Shown: positions 9,370 through 23,208, counted from the stretch's first letter. The stretch is 63,992 nucleotides of DNA from Paraglomus brasilianum (GCA_910592345.1 CAJVPI010000057.1:1-63992), one strand, 5' to 3'. Numbers and translations are program-made. Notes: generated by a model from the sequence alone, not told the origin.

Positions 9370-12114
9370 ATGACTTCACTCAGTAATATCTCAATTCCAA
9401 CATCTCACTCTGATAGTGTGTCAAGGTAAAGTATGAAATGAGACAAATTTAAATATTAATAATTGGAACGAACATAAGAAGACAGAAGGGATGGTGATTT
9501 AAGATGGGATTAAAATGTTTGTATACTACAATAGACGTATGCCGGCATATTACTACGGTCTCACTCCTTATTCTCACTCTTGTTCTTTGTTTTACCCTTG
9601 TTCTTATCTTTTGTTCTTGTTCTTATCTTTTGTTCTTGTTCTCAACTGTTTCCCTACTGCTACTTCAGTTTCCCTTTATCTCTTCATTTGTTCACATGTT
9701 GTCTCTAATCCATTCACATACCTCATAGATCGCAACTCACATCGGTACTACGAAAGCGGCATTCCTTGGGACCGGCATCACAAGACACAAAGGCCACACG
9801 CGCACAAGCAACCAAAGTCTGTTCGTTAAAATCAACCACACCAGACCATTCACCCAAACCTTTGTCTCCCAATGCATCCACGCCGATACGGTGTAATACA
9901 TCACAGCCATTACTAGATGTGAAGGAATTACAAGTGACAAACACAGTTCATAGTGGAAGAAAGACTTCGATAAGCTTAAATCTCTTTAAGCCGTCTCTTA
10001 CGGACTCGGAGTCGCAGTCTCCGGCGTTCATGATAACAGACAGCAAACCAATCACCCCGACAGCGGGTCAGTCAATTTCGCCGGGTTCAAATCAGTCATC
10101 AGATTATTTCTCGAATGCTGCCCAGACATGTGATTCCGATACGGATTTCTTTGACAATGACGACGAAGAGGACGACATCAAAGACGACGATTTCGCTCTT
10201 TTCACCATGTCAGGTTCACCAGCAGCTGTTCCTCTGACTCCTTTCGCAAATCAAGTAGGCGGTCATACCTCATTCTTACGATTCTCCCGACGCGCCGTGT
10301 GTAAGCCGTTAGCAAGACGCGAGAATCAGTTTTACGAGATATTAGAAATGCAACATCCTGAACTATTATCGTTTGTTCCTAAGTACTTAGGCGTACTGAA
10401 TGTAACTTACCGAGAAGAGGAAGGTGTTGGAAGCATGCCGGTAGTATCGCTAGAGCGTAACAAACATTTATTGCCAAAATGGTTTCTCAAAAAAGTGGAG
10501 AGAAACAACATTAGTGATAATATTTCCAAAGTTCATAAAGATACTCATGGAAAAGATCTTTCTTCTACCCTGCATGGTTCTACCAGAGTTAATAAGAAAC
10601 TCCAACAACAAGTTCTCCAAGAAGTTTTCTCTCCCCGTGCTCTGCGTGCTCGCATGCAACAAAGCCAAGCAGTAAATTACCAATCATCTGCCCTTCGCCG
10701 ACATTCAATGACCAGTCTATCTACTCTAAAGCCGCTCGAAAATTCCAGGCCGGAGATGTCGCGTAGTTATACAGAAAGTGGTGGCACAGAAGACGATGAA
10801 AAGGCAGTGAGGCGCTCATCATCGTCGCCTGGAAGTGCCATAGAGGACCTTATGGATGTAGAAGAAAGCCCGGATGAGGACATTGGCGATAACATATGTG
10901 ATGAAAAGAGTGGGATCGATATACCGGATAGTGGAAGAACTCAAGGAAGAGTGTCTACTGTGGATCATGAACCCGATTCCGAAGAATATTCTACCGCTTT
11001 TAAAAGTAGTCCTACTTTGTCGGAAACTCAAAGCATCTTCGACATGGAGGAAGATAGTCCACCGTTTTCGAGTTCTTTATCGCCGTCACAATCTTCTCCC
11101 ACTCGTCATACACCAGCAAGTACATTAAGATCTTCGTCTTTTCCCGAGATTTCTTTCTCTTCTCCCAGTCCTCCTGCATCGTCTTCGTCTTCACTGTGGG
11201 CGAAAACAAATAACCCTTGGTCATTACATTGTTATACTGCACAATTAAGCAAGTTACAAGGTAATAATGCAGATAAACAAAATGCGCAACAGTTTATTTT
11301 GCTTGAAGATTTGACCGAAGGATTACAATATCCTTGTGTGTTGGACCTGAAGATGGGAACTAGACAGCATGGAGTCGACGTCTCGCCAGAGAAACGAATC
11401 AGTCAGATGCAGAAGTGCGCTAAGACTACGAGCGCTACGTTGGGAGTTAGGATTTGTGGTATGCAGGTGAGTTTTCAACATTTGGGTATTGTCATATGAA
11501 GTGATTAAATATGATCCTTCGCTTTTCGATTTGATTCTTACCTCTTTGTTTGCACGCTGGAATACTTTCTTTATTATCAACAGGTATACAAAACAACCAC
11601 TCATGAATTCGAATTTCAAGATAAATACTACGGTCGCACATTGAAGCCTGAAACGTTCGTTATGGCTTTGGCCAACTTTCTGCACAACGGTGAACACATA
11701 ATTACTCACCACATCCCAACCATTGTTCGCAAACTCCGGTGTCTTGCAAAAATCATACGCTCTCTCGATAATTATCGCTTCTACGCAAGTAGTCTCCTCC
11801 TCATTTACGACGGTAATGAAGCCAATTCATCCGAGATTGATATCAAAATCATAGACTTTGCTCACTGCACTACTGGAAACGATCATCGACCCGAGGAGGT
11901 GCGGTATCCACCCACACATAAAGGATTTGATATCGGATATTTGGTTGGATTGAAGAATCTATGTAGAAGTTTCGAGATTATATTTAAAGATGCTACTGGG
12001 GAGTTGTTAGGAGATATTGGGGAGGATGAAGGGGATGTATTTAAGGGAATTATGACGCCAAGTGAAGAGGCTCTTGGCGGAATTCGGTTGGAGAGGAAAT
12101 CGTCACTTGAGTGA
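9370..12114 (+). CDS. KCS1: Inositol hexakisphosphate kinase (IPK family, Kcs1-like); exons 9370-9425, 9729-11466, 11584-12114
   Basis: [21 protein letters not shown] (PxxxDxKxG), SSLL and IDFAH motifs. GT-AG introns keep the frame. Confidence 0.93.
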
Positions 12115-12829
12115 AGAGGAAAGGAATGATAATATTTCTTCCTCACTAAACACTTTCGAGCTGGACTTTAAACATTGTATAAATTTCGTACCTTATTCTT
12201 TAATTGTTTATATGCTTTCATTTGCGTCACATATATTCGAATTTAGTATAGTTTGTACATATTCACCTGTAGTAGATACCGTAATAAAATACTTGCTGAT
12301 ATACTTGGTGTTCTTGTATTCTCGGAAATGTAAGTTCGACATTTTCATCAGAAGTCTACATTTTCTTTATGATTTCATCCCGACTACTATTTATAAAAAG
12401 TCTGCGTGATAAGCGTCCTCTCCCTTGACGAGTTTACTTTCCCACTTCGAAAAGCAATGCCCTTGCCAGAAAAACAGTTGTCTTCACGAGATAACTGCAA
12501 AAAATCGCCTTTAACCAAGATCATTCATTAGTCAACTGCAAGGAACTTTTACTCACGTCTTGAGAATAATGACCCTTAAACTGCGGCTGTTAAAACTTAT
12601 TCTATACATGTCTCTCAAAATTGGCGCAAAATGTATATTGATATTCTAAATTAGAGTTGTTAAATTCAATGGCGGTTAATACTAATACTAATACATAATA
12701 CTGATACTAATACTAATAATAATACTAATCTGTCAACTAATTCACGTGAAAAATAAAATCATGTGACTTGACAACATGATAAACTAAAACTCCACGTGGA
12801 ACTGTTTTTATATCACCCACATCCCATAT

Positions 12830-13400
12830 CTCCTCATAGAATAACGTCCGATTGCAAGATCACAAAACTAATGAATGGAAATTTTCATGGGTTTATGAGA
12901 CGCAAAAATAACTCCGCGAAACCCATTGGCCCTGGCGTCCGTACACCCTCCTACTAAAAATGTAGGTAAACTTGGCTTGGACGAATTATTTGTCTATGCA
13001 AGCATATGGATAATCTTCTTTCTATAAATGACAAGCTGGCTGCCTCTAGTTCAAAACGTAAGGAGAAACAGGCCTTGCGACTTGGTAAGCAATATTTTGG
13101 ATGCGACAAAATATCTAACACCTGCAAAGTGAAGTTCATAAAAAGAGTGTCGCATCTTTTACTCGCGAATTTGATGCCATTATCATTCCTCCTTTTGAGG
13201 TATCGAATATGGTAAATCGAAAAACAAGAAAGAAAACCGTTCGTAAAATGCTCTGTTGGACCCACTATCAATTTCGCCGTCTGGTGGCTAAAGCAGAAGA
13301 ATTAGGGGTCCTATACTTCAAATGGATCGAAATGAAAATGGCGCTCGGTGAATCTTCCTCCGGGCATTGCTTGATAGAGAGCCTTGATTCTCTCCGGAGA
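12830..13400 (+). mobile_element. Fanzor2/TnpB relic, copy 2 (C-terminal half only)
   Basis: Colinear nucleotide homology to ~6500-7205, including MVNRKTRK..VRKMLCWTHYQFR. It retains DRNENGAR*IFLRALL, part of which is deleted in copy 1. Many indels. Confidence 0.85.
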
Positions 13401-13407
13401 AATAGTA

Positions 13408-13550
13408 CAGTCAACTGCCTATAATTCGACCGCTTGCGTTCCGAGGTTATCGATCGAATTAACGTACAAGTCGAATTAACGTCAAAAAATGTTCTGTAAC
13501 CAGCGGTCGAATTAACGTATAAATCGAATTAAAGAAGGTCGAGTTGACTG
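13408..13550. mobile_element. MITE, pogo/Tigger-like
   Basis: TA|CAGTCAACT...AGTTGACTG|TA: inverted termini with TA duplication. Internal TCGAATTAACGT repeats. Confidence 0.8.
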
Positions 13551-13875
13551 TATTGGAATTTAAACTCTAGAAATAAATAATTATACCACATTCGCAGTCT
13601 TAGACAAGGGTATAGAAAGTCGTCAATTAATTGAAGCCTTAAAGTACTGCCCCATAAGATAAACAACATCCATATGTTTGTCAAGGTTGACCTTATTGCC
13701 GTTGATGGCAAAGAATTATTATCTAAGTAACGACGACATTTAGCAGCAGGATTGAAGAACGTAAAGTTTAGTCATGTTGTTCCCGGCATAAATTTAGGTA
13801 TTATTTGTTTGGTAGTCGGATGGTGCGGAGCAATGTTATCTCCCTCTTGGTCCTTACCTTGATTTATTAATCGGT

Positions 13876-13978
13876 TCGCGGCTGAGGCTGAAACCCGACT
13901 GAAGCTGAAACTAACCAACGATAGATTCTGATCAACCAATGAAAGATCATGGTTTCAGCTTCAGCCGGATTCAGCATC
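13876..13978 (-). repeat. ~100 bp palindromic CCAAT-box module, copy 1 (upstream of the DNase I gene)
   Basis: GAAGCTGAAAC...GTTTCAGCTTC inverted arms around CTGATCAACCAATGAAAGATCATG. Reverse-complement match to 28363-28447 and 49687-49767. Confidence 0.85.
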
Positions 13979-14238
13979 CATAGTCCGCTTTGGGGACTTT
14001 ACCAGAAGTTAAATTTACGAATCATATTACATGTATTATTATTGGTTAAACTGAATCCATCTCTACACGATAAACCATTGTTATTATCGTGTCCATAAAT
14101 ATTTATAAACAACAAGAATTTGGACAGCCACTCTATGGAAAATACTGAAACAAGCCTCATTGTGAGGGACAAATAAGATTGATTGGACAATATTAAAAGA
14201 TCAAATGACACCCTCTCGCCTCCTATCTCCGGTAAGCC

Positions 14239-15774
14239 ATGCCACCTAAATCCCGCACTCGCCGACGAGATAGTGATGCCTCATATAGTCTTCCTTCCGA
14301 AAGTGATAGTAGTGATAGTGACGACTATGTACCTGTTTCACCCAGTCGTCGCAGAAATTCTCCATCACCATCCAGACAACAGAATGAAACGTCTAGCAAA
14401 AGAAATAGTAATGCTTCCAGTCGAGCATCCAGTGTAAGTCCTACTCGTGACAAGAACAAATCAGCAGCAGCATCGTCACCCCGACAGAAACAGGTGAATC
14501 GAAGAAAATCTAAGCGAAAGAATGCTGTTGTTACAAAAGCAAATGATAAAACTCTAGTAGTTCCGAAAATAGTAGTTAGGAATCCAACTAAAAAAGCGGT
14601 TGTCATTCAAAAAAAACAACAGCCACAAGCACAATCCGAGACAGGCTTATTGACTCCACCTAAAGCACGGCGTAAACGTAGACAGAAAAAGGAACTCGGA
14701 AAGGACGAGAAAGAGAACTCTAATCCAGAAGATGATATTCTTGCTACATTACCCCTTCCATCTTCATCCATTCGACATATTTACAACGAGAACATATCAA
14801 TGATTGGCGCTATTAATATCCAAGCATTTGGAACAAAAAAGGCCTCCAATCGTACTTTAATGCGTATCATATCCGATATACTTCGTCGGTATGACATAGT
14901 TTTGTGTCAAGAGATCCACGCACCAAAGGACGATGATGCTGTCATTCGCACTCTTGTTTCCTCTGTGTCAACTCCATCTACCCCATATGCCTATGTGTCT
15001 AGTCATCCAATAGGCAGAGGTAGATACCAGGAACGCTATGTGTATCTCTATCGCACAAACGTGTGGCGGGTGTTAGATGAATACGTAATTGAAGACGATA
15101 CTAAATTGGGAGATAAGTTTGCCCGTGATCCATATGTAGTTAGATTTGAACATGTCAAGAAGTCAAACACCAGAGTAACATTGGTTGGATGCCACACACA
15201 ACCTGAGAATGCGTTTACCGAGGTTAAAGCATTGGTTGAGAACGTGTATTTAGAGGTTAAGAATAATTTGAAAGACGCGGCCAGAAAAGAAAAAGTGAAG
15301 ACGAAGAGGTATAGGAGTGCAACTGAGAGTGTTGATAAGGATGAAAAGGTGTCTTTCCTTAGAAAGTTGTTTGCATGTTGTTTCCCCATTATTTCCACTT
15401 CTTCCTCGACATCTCGTGAGGCAAGAATGTCTCTTCTGTCTCCAACCGAGCCAATTATAATGATGGGTGATTTAAATGCGGCTGGGTCATATGTCAACAA
15501 GTCACAGAGGGCAGAACTAGATCAGTTGCTTCAAGATCATGGGCTGGTGTGGGGAATTCCTCATACTACAGATACCACAGTATCCGACGGAACTGATTCA
15601 GCATACGATAGATTTATATTTGAGCGTGCGAATGAAAAAAGATGGATTGGAAATTCTGGTACATGGAGATTTGATGAAGGCTGGGTGAAGACGGGTTCTG
15701 ATCAACTGTTAATTAAGAAGTTGGCCAAGAGGGTTTCTGATCATTATCCTATTGAATTTGAATTGAGACTATAA
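14239..15774 (+). CDS. DNase I-family (EEP) nuclease with a long basic, Ser-rich N-terminal extension; single exon
   Basis: INIQAFG, DIVLCQEI, ERYVYLYR, FARDPYVVRF, GCHTQP, MGDLNA, AYDRF and SDHYPIEF match DNase I motifs, including both catalytic His. Confidence 0.9.
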   Translation: MPPKSRTRRRDSDASYSLPSESDSSDSDDYVPVSPSRRRNSPSPSRQQNETSSKRNSNASSRASSVSPTRDKNKSAAASSPRQKQVNRRKSKRKNAVVTKANDKTLVVPKIVVRNPTKKAVVIQKKQQPQAQSETGLLTPPKARRKRRQKKELGKDEKENSNPEDDILATLPLPSSSIRHIYNENISMIGAINIQAFGTKKASNRTLMRIISDILRRYDIVLCQEIHAPKDDDAVIRTLVSSVSTPSTPYAYVSSHPIGRGRYQERYVYLYRTNVWRVLDEYVIEDDTKLGDKFARDPYVVRFEHVKKSNTRVTLVGCHTQPENAFTEVKALVENVYLEVKNNLKDAARKEKVKTKRYRSATESVDKDEKVSFLRKLFACCFPIISTSSSTSREARMSLLSPTEPIIMMGDLNAAGSYVNKSQRAELDQLLQDHGLVWGIPHTTDTTVSDGTDSAYDRFIFERANEKRWIGNSGTWRFDEGWVKTGSDQLLIKKLAKRVSDHYPIEFELRL

Positions 15775-16821
15775 GAGACTGTAGCAGTAACATGGAAATC
15801 AACATGGGAATGGTTTAGAAGTGAAAGGAGAAGACATAAGGTAGTTAGCTTCGAATCTTGATGGAACGAGTTACAAGCTATTTATATCGTTGCGACCGCT
15901 TCGCTGGCTGGTACCCTTAACTTATTAATTATTACCTAATCCCTGCTTACCTAGTTGCATCACTAAGAGGGTGAGAATTTCAAAGTCAATTTTATTATTT
16001 CGAATTAGAAGTCAAGTCTATTTAACAAAAGTACATTCAGTAACAGTGTTTGTTATCTTGATTGGGCAGTCCCCGCTTCATTCAACTAAATGAGAAGGAA
16101 CTGTTTATAATATCTAGCTCACTTGCTTTTCGATTATAATAGACAAGAGAACTGCTGCAAATATACTAATATAAATTCAAGTAACTCCAATTCAGGGAGA
16201 AGACGGTAATCTGCAATATGATATTAATGCTCTGGCCCAGATAAATATTTATATTTACATAATACAGTCAAGCTAATGTCGATCATTGTCATTTATTTGA
16301 TCACTTTCCGCATGAAAATGATAATATCTATAATAATAAGAAACCGATACCTCTCAATTAAAATTGCAATCATCTAGCTTCAAACTGTAAAATTTCGTGC
16401 GTATTATCAATCACATGACGTGTACCCAATAAAATTATCCGAAATTACGATTTGACCGTACTGAGACTTTGGCATCTTTCTAAGAGTGAGGCTGGACCGG
16501 TTTTACAATTTGATTTCTTTTCAAGATCATGTTCATTCAGTCAATATTGTTAGAAGACAGATCGCAGATAACTATGTCCGTTTCATATCGTTTAACGGTT
16601 TAAGAAAGCTGATTGAAGTTTGTCCTTGATTCCTCCATGCGATTTACAGCATACCCTGCTAACTTACCTGTAATTCCAGGTCTATACTATATTAATATCG
16701 CCACACGATGGTTATTAATTAACAGAATCGAGAGCATGAGACACTGTTTCTCGTAATCCACTCCATGTGTAATTACAATTATTTTGTGCATATCATCAAG
16801 ATAACGCAATTGTAGATGTCT

Positions 16822-17178
16822 CTAATTGGTAATTCTCCGAAGTTCTTCAATCAAAGTGTTAGCAACTTCGCCAGTTTGTTTGTATTCCCGGAGATTGTAA
16901 CATTTTTTAAAATTCAAAATCCAGCCGTCTGATGAATTCAAGTTTTCGATATTTACCAGAGTGGCACTTTCTTGCAAAACATGACCGGATATGACTTGGG
17001 AAACTTTATTTGTGTGCTCTAAGAATGACAGAGACAGTATTTTCTTAATTCTATGTAGTTTAGCGAGCTCCGCTTGTTTCTTTGTAGACACAAAATTTCT
17101 TTTTGGAACATCGGTAAGAGCAACCCGCTTTATTACAAGTTTTTTAATTGTTAAAAACATCGATATGATGGTTGCCAA
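16822..17178 (-). pseudogene. pogo/Tc5 (CENP-B HTH) transposase fragment
   Basis: ISGHVLQESA...SSDGWILNFKKCYNLR...GE resembles the CENP-B HTH signature (S.GWL..FK.R..L....GE). No DDE domain is readable. Confidence 0.7.
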
Positions 17179-17345
17179 TTATAGTTAGGATTTACACACT
17201 GGGATTTATTAGTAAAACATGTGAAAGGTCTTTCTTTTCAAAAATTTCGCCTGCCCATGTATGCTATGCAAATGACAATAGTTTTTGAAGCCAATTGATT
17301 GTACTTTTCGGAAAAATAAAGATACATTATTGTTATATTGACATA

Positions 17346-17860
17346 CAGTGCGCGAAAAAAGTAATGAGAATGACGTTTTTATTTATAGTACAACGAAAAC
17401 GGTACTGCCTATGATATGGTAAACAAGTTTACTTAAGACCACTTAATAGTTTATCTTATTACTATTTCTTCCTCCAATCTTCTTGCCATGCTACGAGCCA
17501 AATCTCAGTTCATTATCTTGTTGGAACATCCATTGTTTCCCATAATCACATTTGCATTATCAAAAAGATTTTCAGTTGATAAAGAGTACCGTCTATAATA
17601 TCTGTGAAAAGAAAAAAGCCAACAGGACCTTTTACTGAGAACCCCACGCGTGAACTTTATGGGGATGTTTTACCTGGCCTTACTTGGAGGCTGAGTGTCA
17701 TTTTTGTAAAATACTTTTTGAGTATTTCGGAACGTAGTTTCATCAGAAAATATGACCTTGTGCAAGCAGCCCGAACTACTTCTGACGTATCAAGCCTGCA
17801 GCACTTGGCAATGTGTACAAAGGGATTATGGTAATCACATCTTTGCTAATGTCAAGTACG
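17346..17860 (-). mobile_element. Tc1-family transposase relic with one TIR
   Basis: Minus-strand fragments KVIFSDETTF, VKHPHKVHAWG..SVKGPVGFFLFTD and QWMFQQDN. TA|CAGTGCGCGAAAAAAGT at 17346 is a Tc1-type terminus. Not listed in the ORF track because of frameshifts. Confidence 0.75.
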
Positions 17861-19447
17861 GAATAAGAGTTCGTTTATCTTTCATGACATTTGTAAATTC
17901 AGTACTATCTAATGTTGGTTGCTTAAAGTTTAGTTATTCTAAATTACTACTTTTCACACCTTTCTATCAACAACCTCAGATAAGCAATAAGCAGTCAACG
18001 ATTGGTGGTTAGATTGATATGACTGCCATCATCACCATCCCTCTTGCCGCACGATAAGAGGACGAGTTTAACAGATAATCACATTCATCATAGGTTGTTT
18101 TAGTTTGGTGTTATGGTGTCCCATTACTCGATTTAATTATTTATCCTTGTATATTAATTATGGGATCAGCGTGGTTGGGATTGGATATAGAAGCAAATAT
18201 GTTAAATACGAACATACAGCAGCTTATCGACTACTTTACGTAACATAATTCTTGTATACATTTCATTAAAAGTGGAATTCACGTTTAATTTCCTGAAATA
18301 GAGAACGAAAATCCTGAAGGTTACTTTACACGGATATCGCACACCGGAAAATCAGTTATTACCTAATACTAATGCTAAGCTATTATGACGACAAGAGTTT
18401 GTTTTATATTTACTGATTTAGTTCCTTGGTTCCATGGTGGGTTTGATGTAAATCAGTCCTTACGTTAAGATAATCGTCTTATTATTATGTTAAATACCAA
18501 CCAATTTGATTCAATGTAATTGCCATGATTGCAATAATCAATTTACTGTATACCCGCATTTATAATTACTCATGAGCCATTAAACAGATCTGAGCTCGAA
18601 AGAACAGGATATATTGTATATCTGAGAGAGCAATGACATACGACACTGAGTCTGTACGTTCTTACTAATTGGTTACTGTTTTTCGATGCCTATAGGGAAA
18701 AACTCATTCGATACTGTAATGCTTCTAATGTGCGAACCGCTTAGCCTTCCTTGTTCATATGAATAGTAGGAAGTGCTCCAACTAAAACGTGAGTAATAGT
18801 ATCAATTTAATGCTCTCTGTAAAAGGAACGGCACCCAATTTTTCGGACAATACACACGATCGTGACTTGACTACCGTATATTTAAGCACTCGAATGTGAG
18901 GCGAACGTTATCGTTGCAGCCATACGTTTTCGATAAGTAATAGTAATTATCTGTTTATACTTGAGTAATAGTAATTGGTCATTCTTATAATTAAATACAA
19001 GACGTGCCAGCGTGAGTATAAAATTATGAAATGTAAAAAATAAACTATCTGCTTTATCATTCTTTATGGCGTAAATTGTCTACTAATAATATCCAATACT
19101 AAGAGTGATATAAAAAAGAACGATAGTATTATAGACCAGGGATAAACTAAAGGGCGACGGCATTTATATATTAATATAGATGTATGTGTATTTTGTTATG
19201 TGCAAATCCTCTTGCAGGTAAATGTTAATATTTCAACATCCGCTTATAATTATAATATAATAATTTTCTCTATGTAGAGATAAAAAAACTTACTTCTATG
19301 TAATTTAATTATTATCAACGCGCCGTTATTTTTAGGATACCGTATTACTAATACTAATAATATTAGAGCCAGCAATTTGACATACAAATTTGCAACCTAT
19401 CAGTGAAATGGATCGATATTTTCTGGCGATTCTCGATTACTCAATGT

Positions 19448-20849
19448 ATGGACACTCCAGCGTCTATATTTCAAGATGATACAGCAGAGAGTAAACCGAA
19501 TCCTGCCAGCATAGGAGCACCAGCTGCAATAGCTCGCTCTTTAGTGTTGCAGAGTCTAGCGTTGTGGTATAGGACACCGATAAAGGTATTATACAGGAAG
19601 GTTGCAAATGAGAAGACTCAGAAGAGTAGTAACAAATATACTTTATTGATGTATGAAAGCTTTTTAGACCACTCAGGGTCGACTACTTGGTTATGGCTAG
19701 GGCTATTCTACCACCTCCGACAAATAACAGATTTTCTTTTCAATCGACAAGTCTTGGTATGATATCACATGCGGTCAAACATTATGGGTAAGCGAAAGTG
19801 TATGAACATTAATACATAATACCGTGAATTGTTGATGACTTTATAACTATACGTAAACGCTATCTCCCCGTTATCTATTTCTCCTTTTCCCACTTCTAGC
19901 TTCACCTTTATCCCTCGACACATTCTTCCGCCACTAATAGCAAATTCCCTAATCGGTGGGGTATTATATACAGTCTATGTCTCAGTCTTACCACGCTTCC
20001 ATGCTCCATTATCATATAAGACTCAACAAGCCATACCTCCTCCCTTTTCTGCCGTATTTCTATCGGGCGCATTAGCCGGAGCAGCACAATCATTTGTTGC
20101 GACACCGATGGATTCGCTGAAGGTGCGCTTTGAAGTGAATGATCTTTTAGCAGGAAAGCATAAAAGCATGATCGACTACGCGAGAACTACGTGGAAAGAA
20201 TTGGGGTGGGCAAGTGTTTATCGTGGGTTTGGGCTGACTTTGGCTAAGGTAAGGGAGAGGAGACTCGCTTGAAAAAATGGGGGAAATTATACTAATATCT
20301 GAACTACCACCTTTTCAGGATTCACTGTCATGCGGTCTATTTTTCGGTGTCTTTGAGTTCGTAAAAGAACAATGTTATCGCACCTTTATATCTTCCTTCT
20401 ACCCACTTTCTTCATCACCAACCTCTTCTCTATCCTTTCCTTCTTCTTTCCCATCATCAACTTCCTCGCCATTCCTCGAACCAACCTTCGTTCTAATGGC
20501 CGGTGGCCTCGCTGCCATTTCATATCATATTGTAGACCATCCTCTCGATAAAATCCGCAATGTCTTCTTAATCGAAGAAGCTCAAGCAGAGTTTCAACAC
20601 TTGCAACGTCCGAAACTCTACAAACTCACTTTTGAACAATGTAAAATTATGGCCTCGCGTGTAGGTTGGCGAAAGTTTTTATATGGTGAATTTGGGGGAA
20701 CAGTTTTGAGAGCTGTGCCAGCCACGAGTGTGGGATTTTTGGTATTTGAAATTATGAAAAGGAAAATAGATCAGAGATATTATTGGGACAATGGATTGAG
20801 GATGGAGTCGGATAGAACAGACAATGGGTTCGAGGAGGGAAGGGCGTAA
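19448..20849 (+). CDS. Mitochondrial carrier family protein; 4 exons (19448-19585, 19660-~19787, ~19900-20248, 20319-20849)
   Basis: The spliced product has RTPIKLFRPLRVDY, ATPMDSLKVRF and HPLDKIRN (Px[D/E]xx[K/R]), YRGFGLTL.KD and LRAVPA..GFLVFE. Confidence 0.88.
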
Positions 20850-21186
20850 ATAGAGCTTGAGATGTACAGGTATGATCGTGATTTATACGTTAAATCCAAC
20901 AATAGGGTTGAACTTTATTCTCAATTTTGTGAGAATGTTTCAAGGGACTGTAAAGGGATCTTGTTTTATTATATGTTTGCTACTTTGATATTTAATTGAT
21001 ATAATTGTTCCAATCATACTTATGTCTGATGTGGTGATATTGTTTGTATTCTACATACCGTATTCACAATTTGGATGTTTACAATTAGTCTATTACTAAT
21101 ATTAAATATATGCGGATTTACAGGTGCGTATTTAACAGTAATGTTCTCTTGTGAAATTATAAATTTGTGCAACACTCCCAAGTCAT

Positions 21187-23208
21187 TCACAATCTTACTT
21201 CTCTCCGTAAATCTTCATTAATGACGCCCGCCTACAAATAGGAAAAAATTACATTGTTCAGTCTGAAGCACACAACAATTTTTCGCAGTAAATAAGACAA
21301 CGTACCATCTTCAACAGCTCTTTATCAACCTTCCCAGAGTTGCTCTTCAGAGAACCTCTCTTTTTAGCATCTTTCTCTTCCCATAACCACTCGCTCTCTT
21401 GCTTCTGTTTAGCCATATCTCCACCCAGTCCAAATACCTCAATCTCTATCACTTCGAATGGTATATCAAAATGATTCCTTGTTTCAGAGAGCATGTACGT
21501 GGGAGCTATCTCTCTAAGCGGATCATTACGATATCGTCCACCTTGAAGGCTGTAATCCAATTGCAAAAAGAATGAATTGCACTCTTGCTTTTCTAGCCTG
21601 TTAGATGTATTTCCGGAAGTCGGTAAACCTCCAAAGCCGAGTCCAATGGATGGGTTATAGTACACATAATTAGTATTCCGTTTCGAGGAAGGAAATACCT
21701 CAAAGGTTGGATAGAGTTCAAACAATAAGCAGTTTTCTGACCCAAAGCACGTCGTTAAAGAACTGGTTGATTTCCATGGCTCAGCAACGTATGCCCCTAA
21801 AAGCAGGGTCTGTGGATGCGACATGGAGATGTCCTCTTTTGATAAACAGTATTTACCGTTACCATTCTGTCGGCTAATTGATTTTGAAGACGATATCTCA
21901 GCATTTATCAGAACTAATGTTGGTCCTGGATACTTAAATACGCGGGTCTGGAATCTATTCATACTAAATCCGTGTTCTCTGCCCGAATACAACTTCTGCC
22001 ACTGACGTCGCCTTACTGATTTCTCAGGTAACATCCACGATAGTATTGCCATTTTCGTCGGGTCAGACAGTATCTCAGATGGCTTGTCCAGAGTAGCCCA
22101 ATACAATGAATTTGGCCCAATAAATGGCGAGTCTGATCGTTGTTGAGAAAGAGTCTGTCCAATAAGGAATTGAGAGTTGAAAAACACGCGAAAGCCATCG
22201 AATATATTGGGTACATTGCGATGAACAAATTTCTTGAATGTTGGCCATGTTACCACTTGATCAGAAAGATCGACGTTTGACAGTGATCGTTGACGCGAAT
22301 CATATCTTGCCATTTGTTGTACAATCAGTAAGACCTGATCATATATATGAGCAATGTCCTCGGAAGGCAAGTGGCTGAATAAGTTTGTTCTAGTATCTGT
22401 AATCTCGTTCAGTGCCAGTATCGTTTGAGTAGACATAATCCATGCAAGCCCTGTAATAATACTTAACATATCCTTGCAGTATATCTTGGAGAAGTTGTCT
22501 ATTCCTGTAGCACTTTCTCCTTCTTGTTCAATACCAAGTATTTTCAGAATTTCGGCATCGTCAAATTTGAGTTTTAATGAAGAGAGGTCACTCATATCAG
22601 ATAGTGACGTTGCCGAATGAGATAAAGGATCCTTGGCAGTCTCGTTGGATGCTAATGGCTCCGGTATTGTTGCGAATGAATCGAAGAGTAGCTTTAGCTT
22701 GTCTTCTTGAATTTTTTTCGTTGCTTTGTCACAGTAGATAGCGATTGCTATTGTTAGGCCGTCGAATGTAAGAAAGGATTCATCTTCATGTCGGAGATCA
22801 GGATATGTAGCTAGATATTTGAATGAGTTATACAAAAGAGGGCCTATGTCTATTTTATCTGGGAGGCCGAGGTAATTCTTCAAGTAGAAGAATCAGCGCA
22901 GCCAAACATCAGCCAGTCAACAATTGCATTGGTTAACACATCGGTAAGTTGTATATTATCCGAAAATGACAAGGACTCACCACGAAAGCATCTTCTTTTA
23001 TTACTCCATCGTTCTCTTTGGCTAAGTTATCGAATGTTGCTCGTAAAGAATATTGCTCAATGTGTTTAAGATTCTGTAGCAGAGTTCTTACGTGTGTGTT
23101 TGGTTGTGGATAACGGTGCTGTTTTACATTGCTCTTAACCGTTGATACTTTATTACCATTGCTTCCGTTCACTTTATCTTTCACAGCTGAAGGTATTATC
23201 TGACCCAT
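21187..23208 (-). CDS. RTC5: TLDc-domain protein, Rtc5/MEAK7-like; 3 exons
   Basis: MGQ start (myristoylation-type), LYSGREHGFSMNRF..VFKYPGPT, FGSENCLLFEL.P and EIEVFGLGG. Last exon 21231-21187 gives KELLKM|AGVINED. Confidence 0.88.

Noticed and set aside
14325..15500. Antisense ORFs within long genes (also inside KCS1, Dis3L2 and bZIP)
   Set aside because: Shadow ORFs of real coding strands with no independent motifs.
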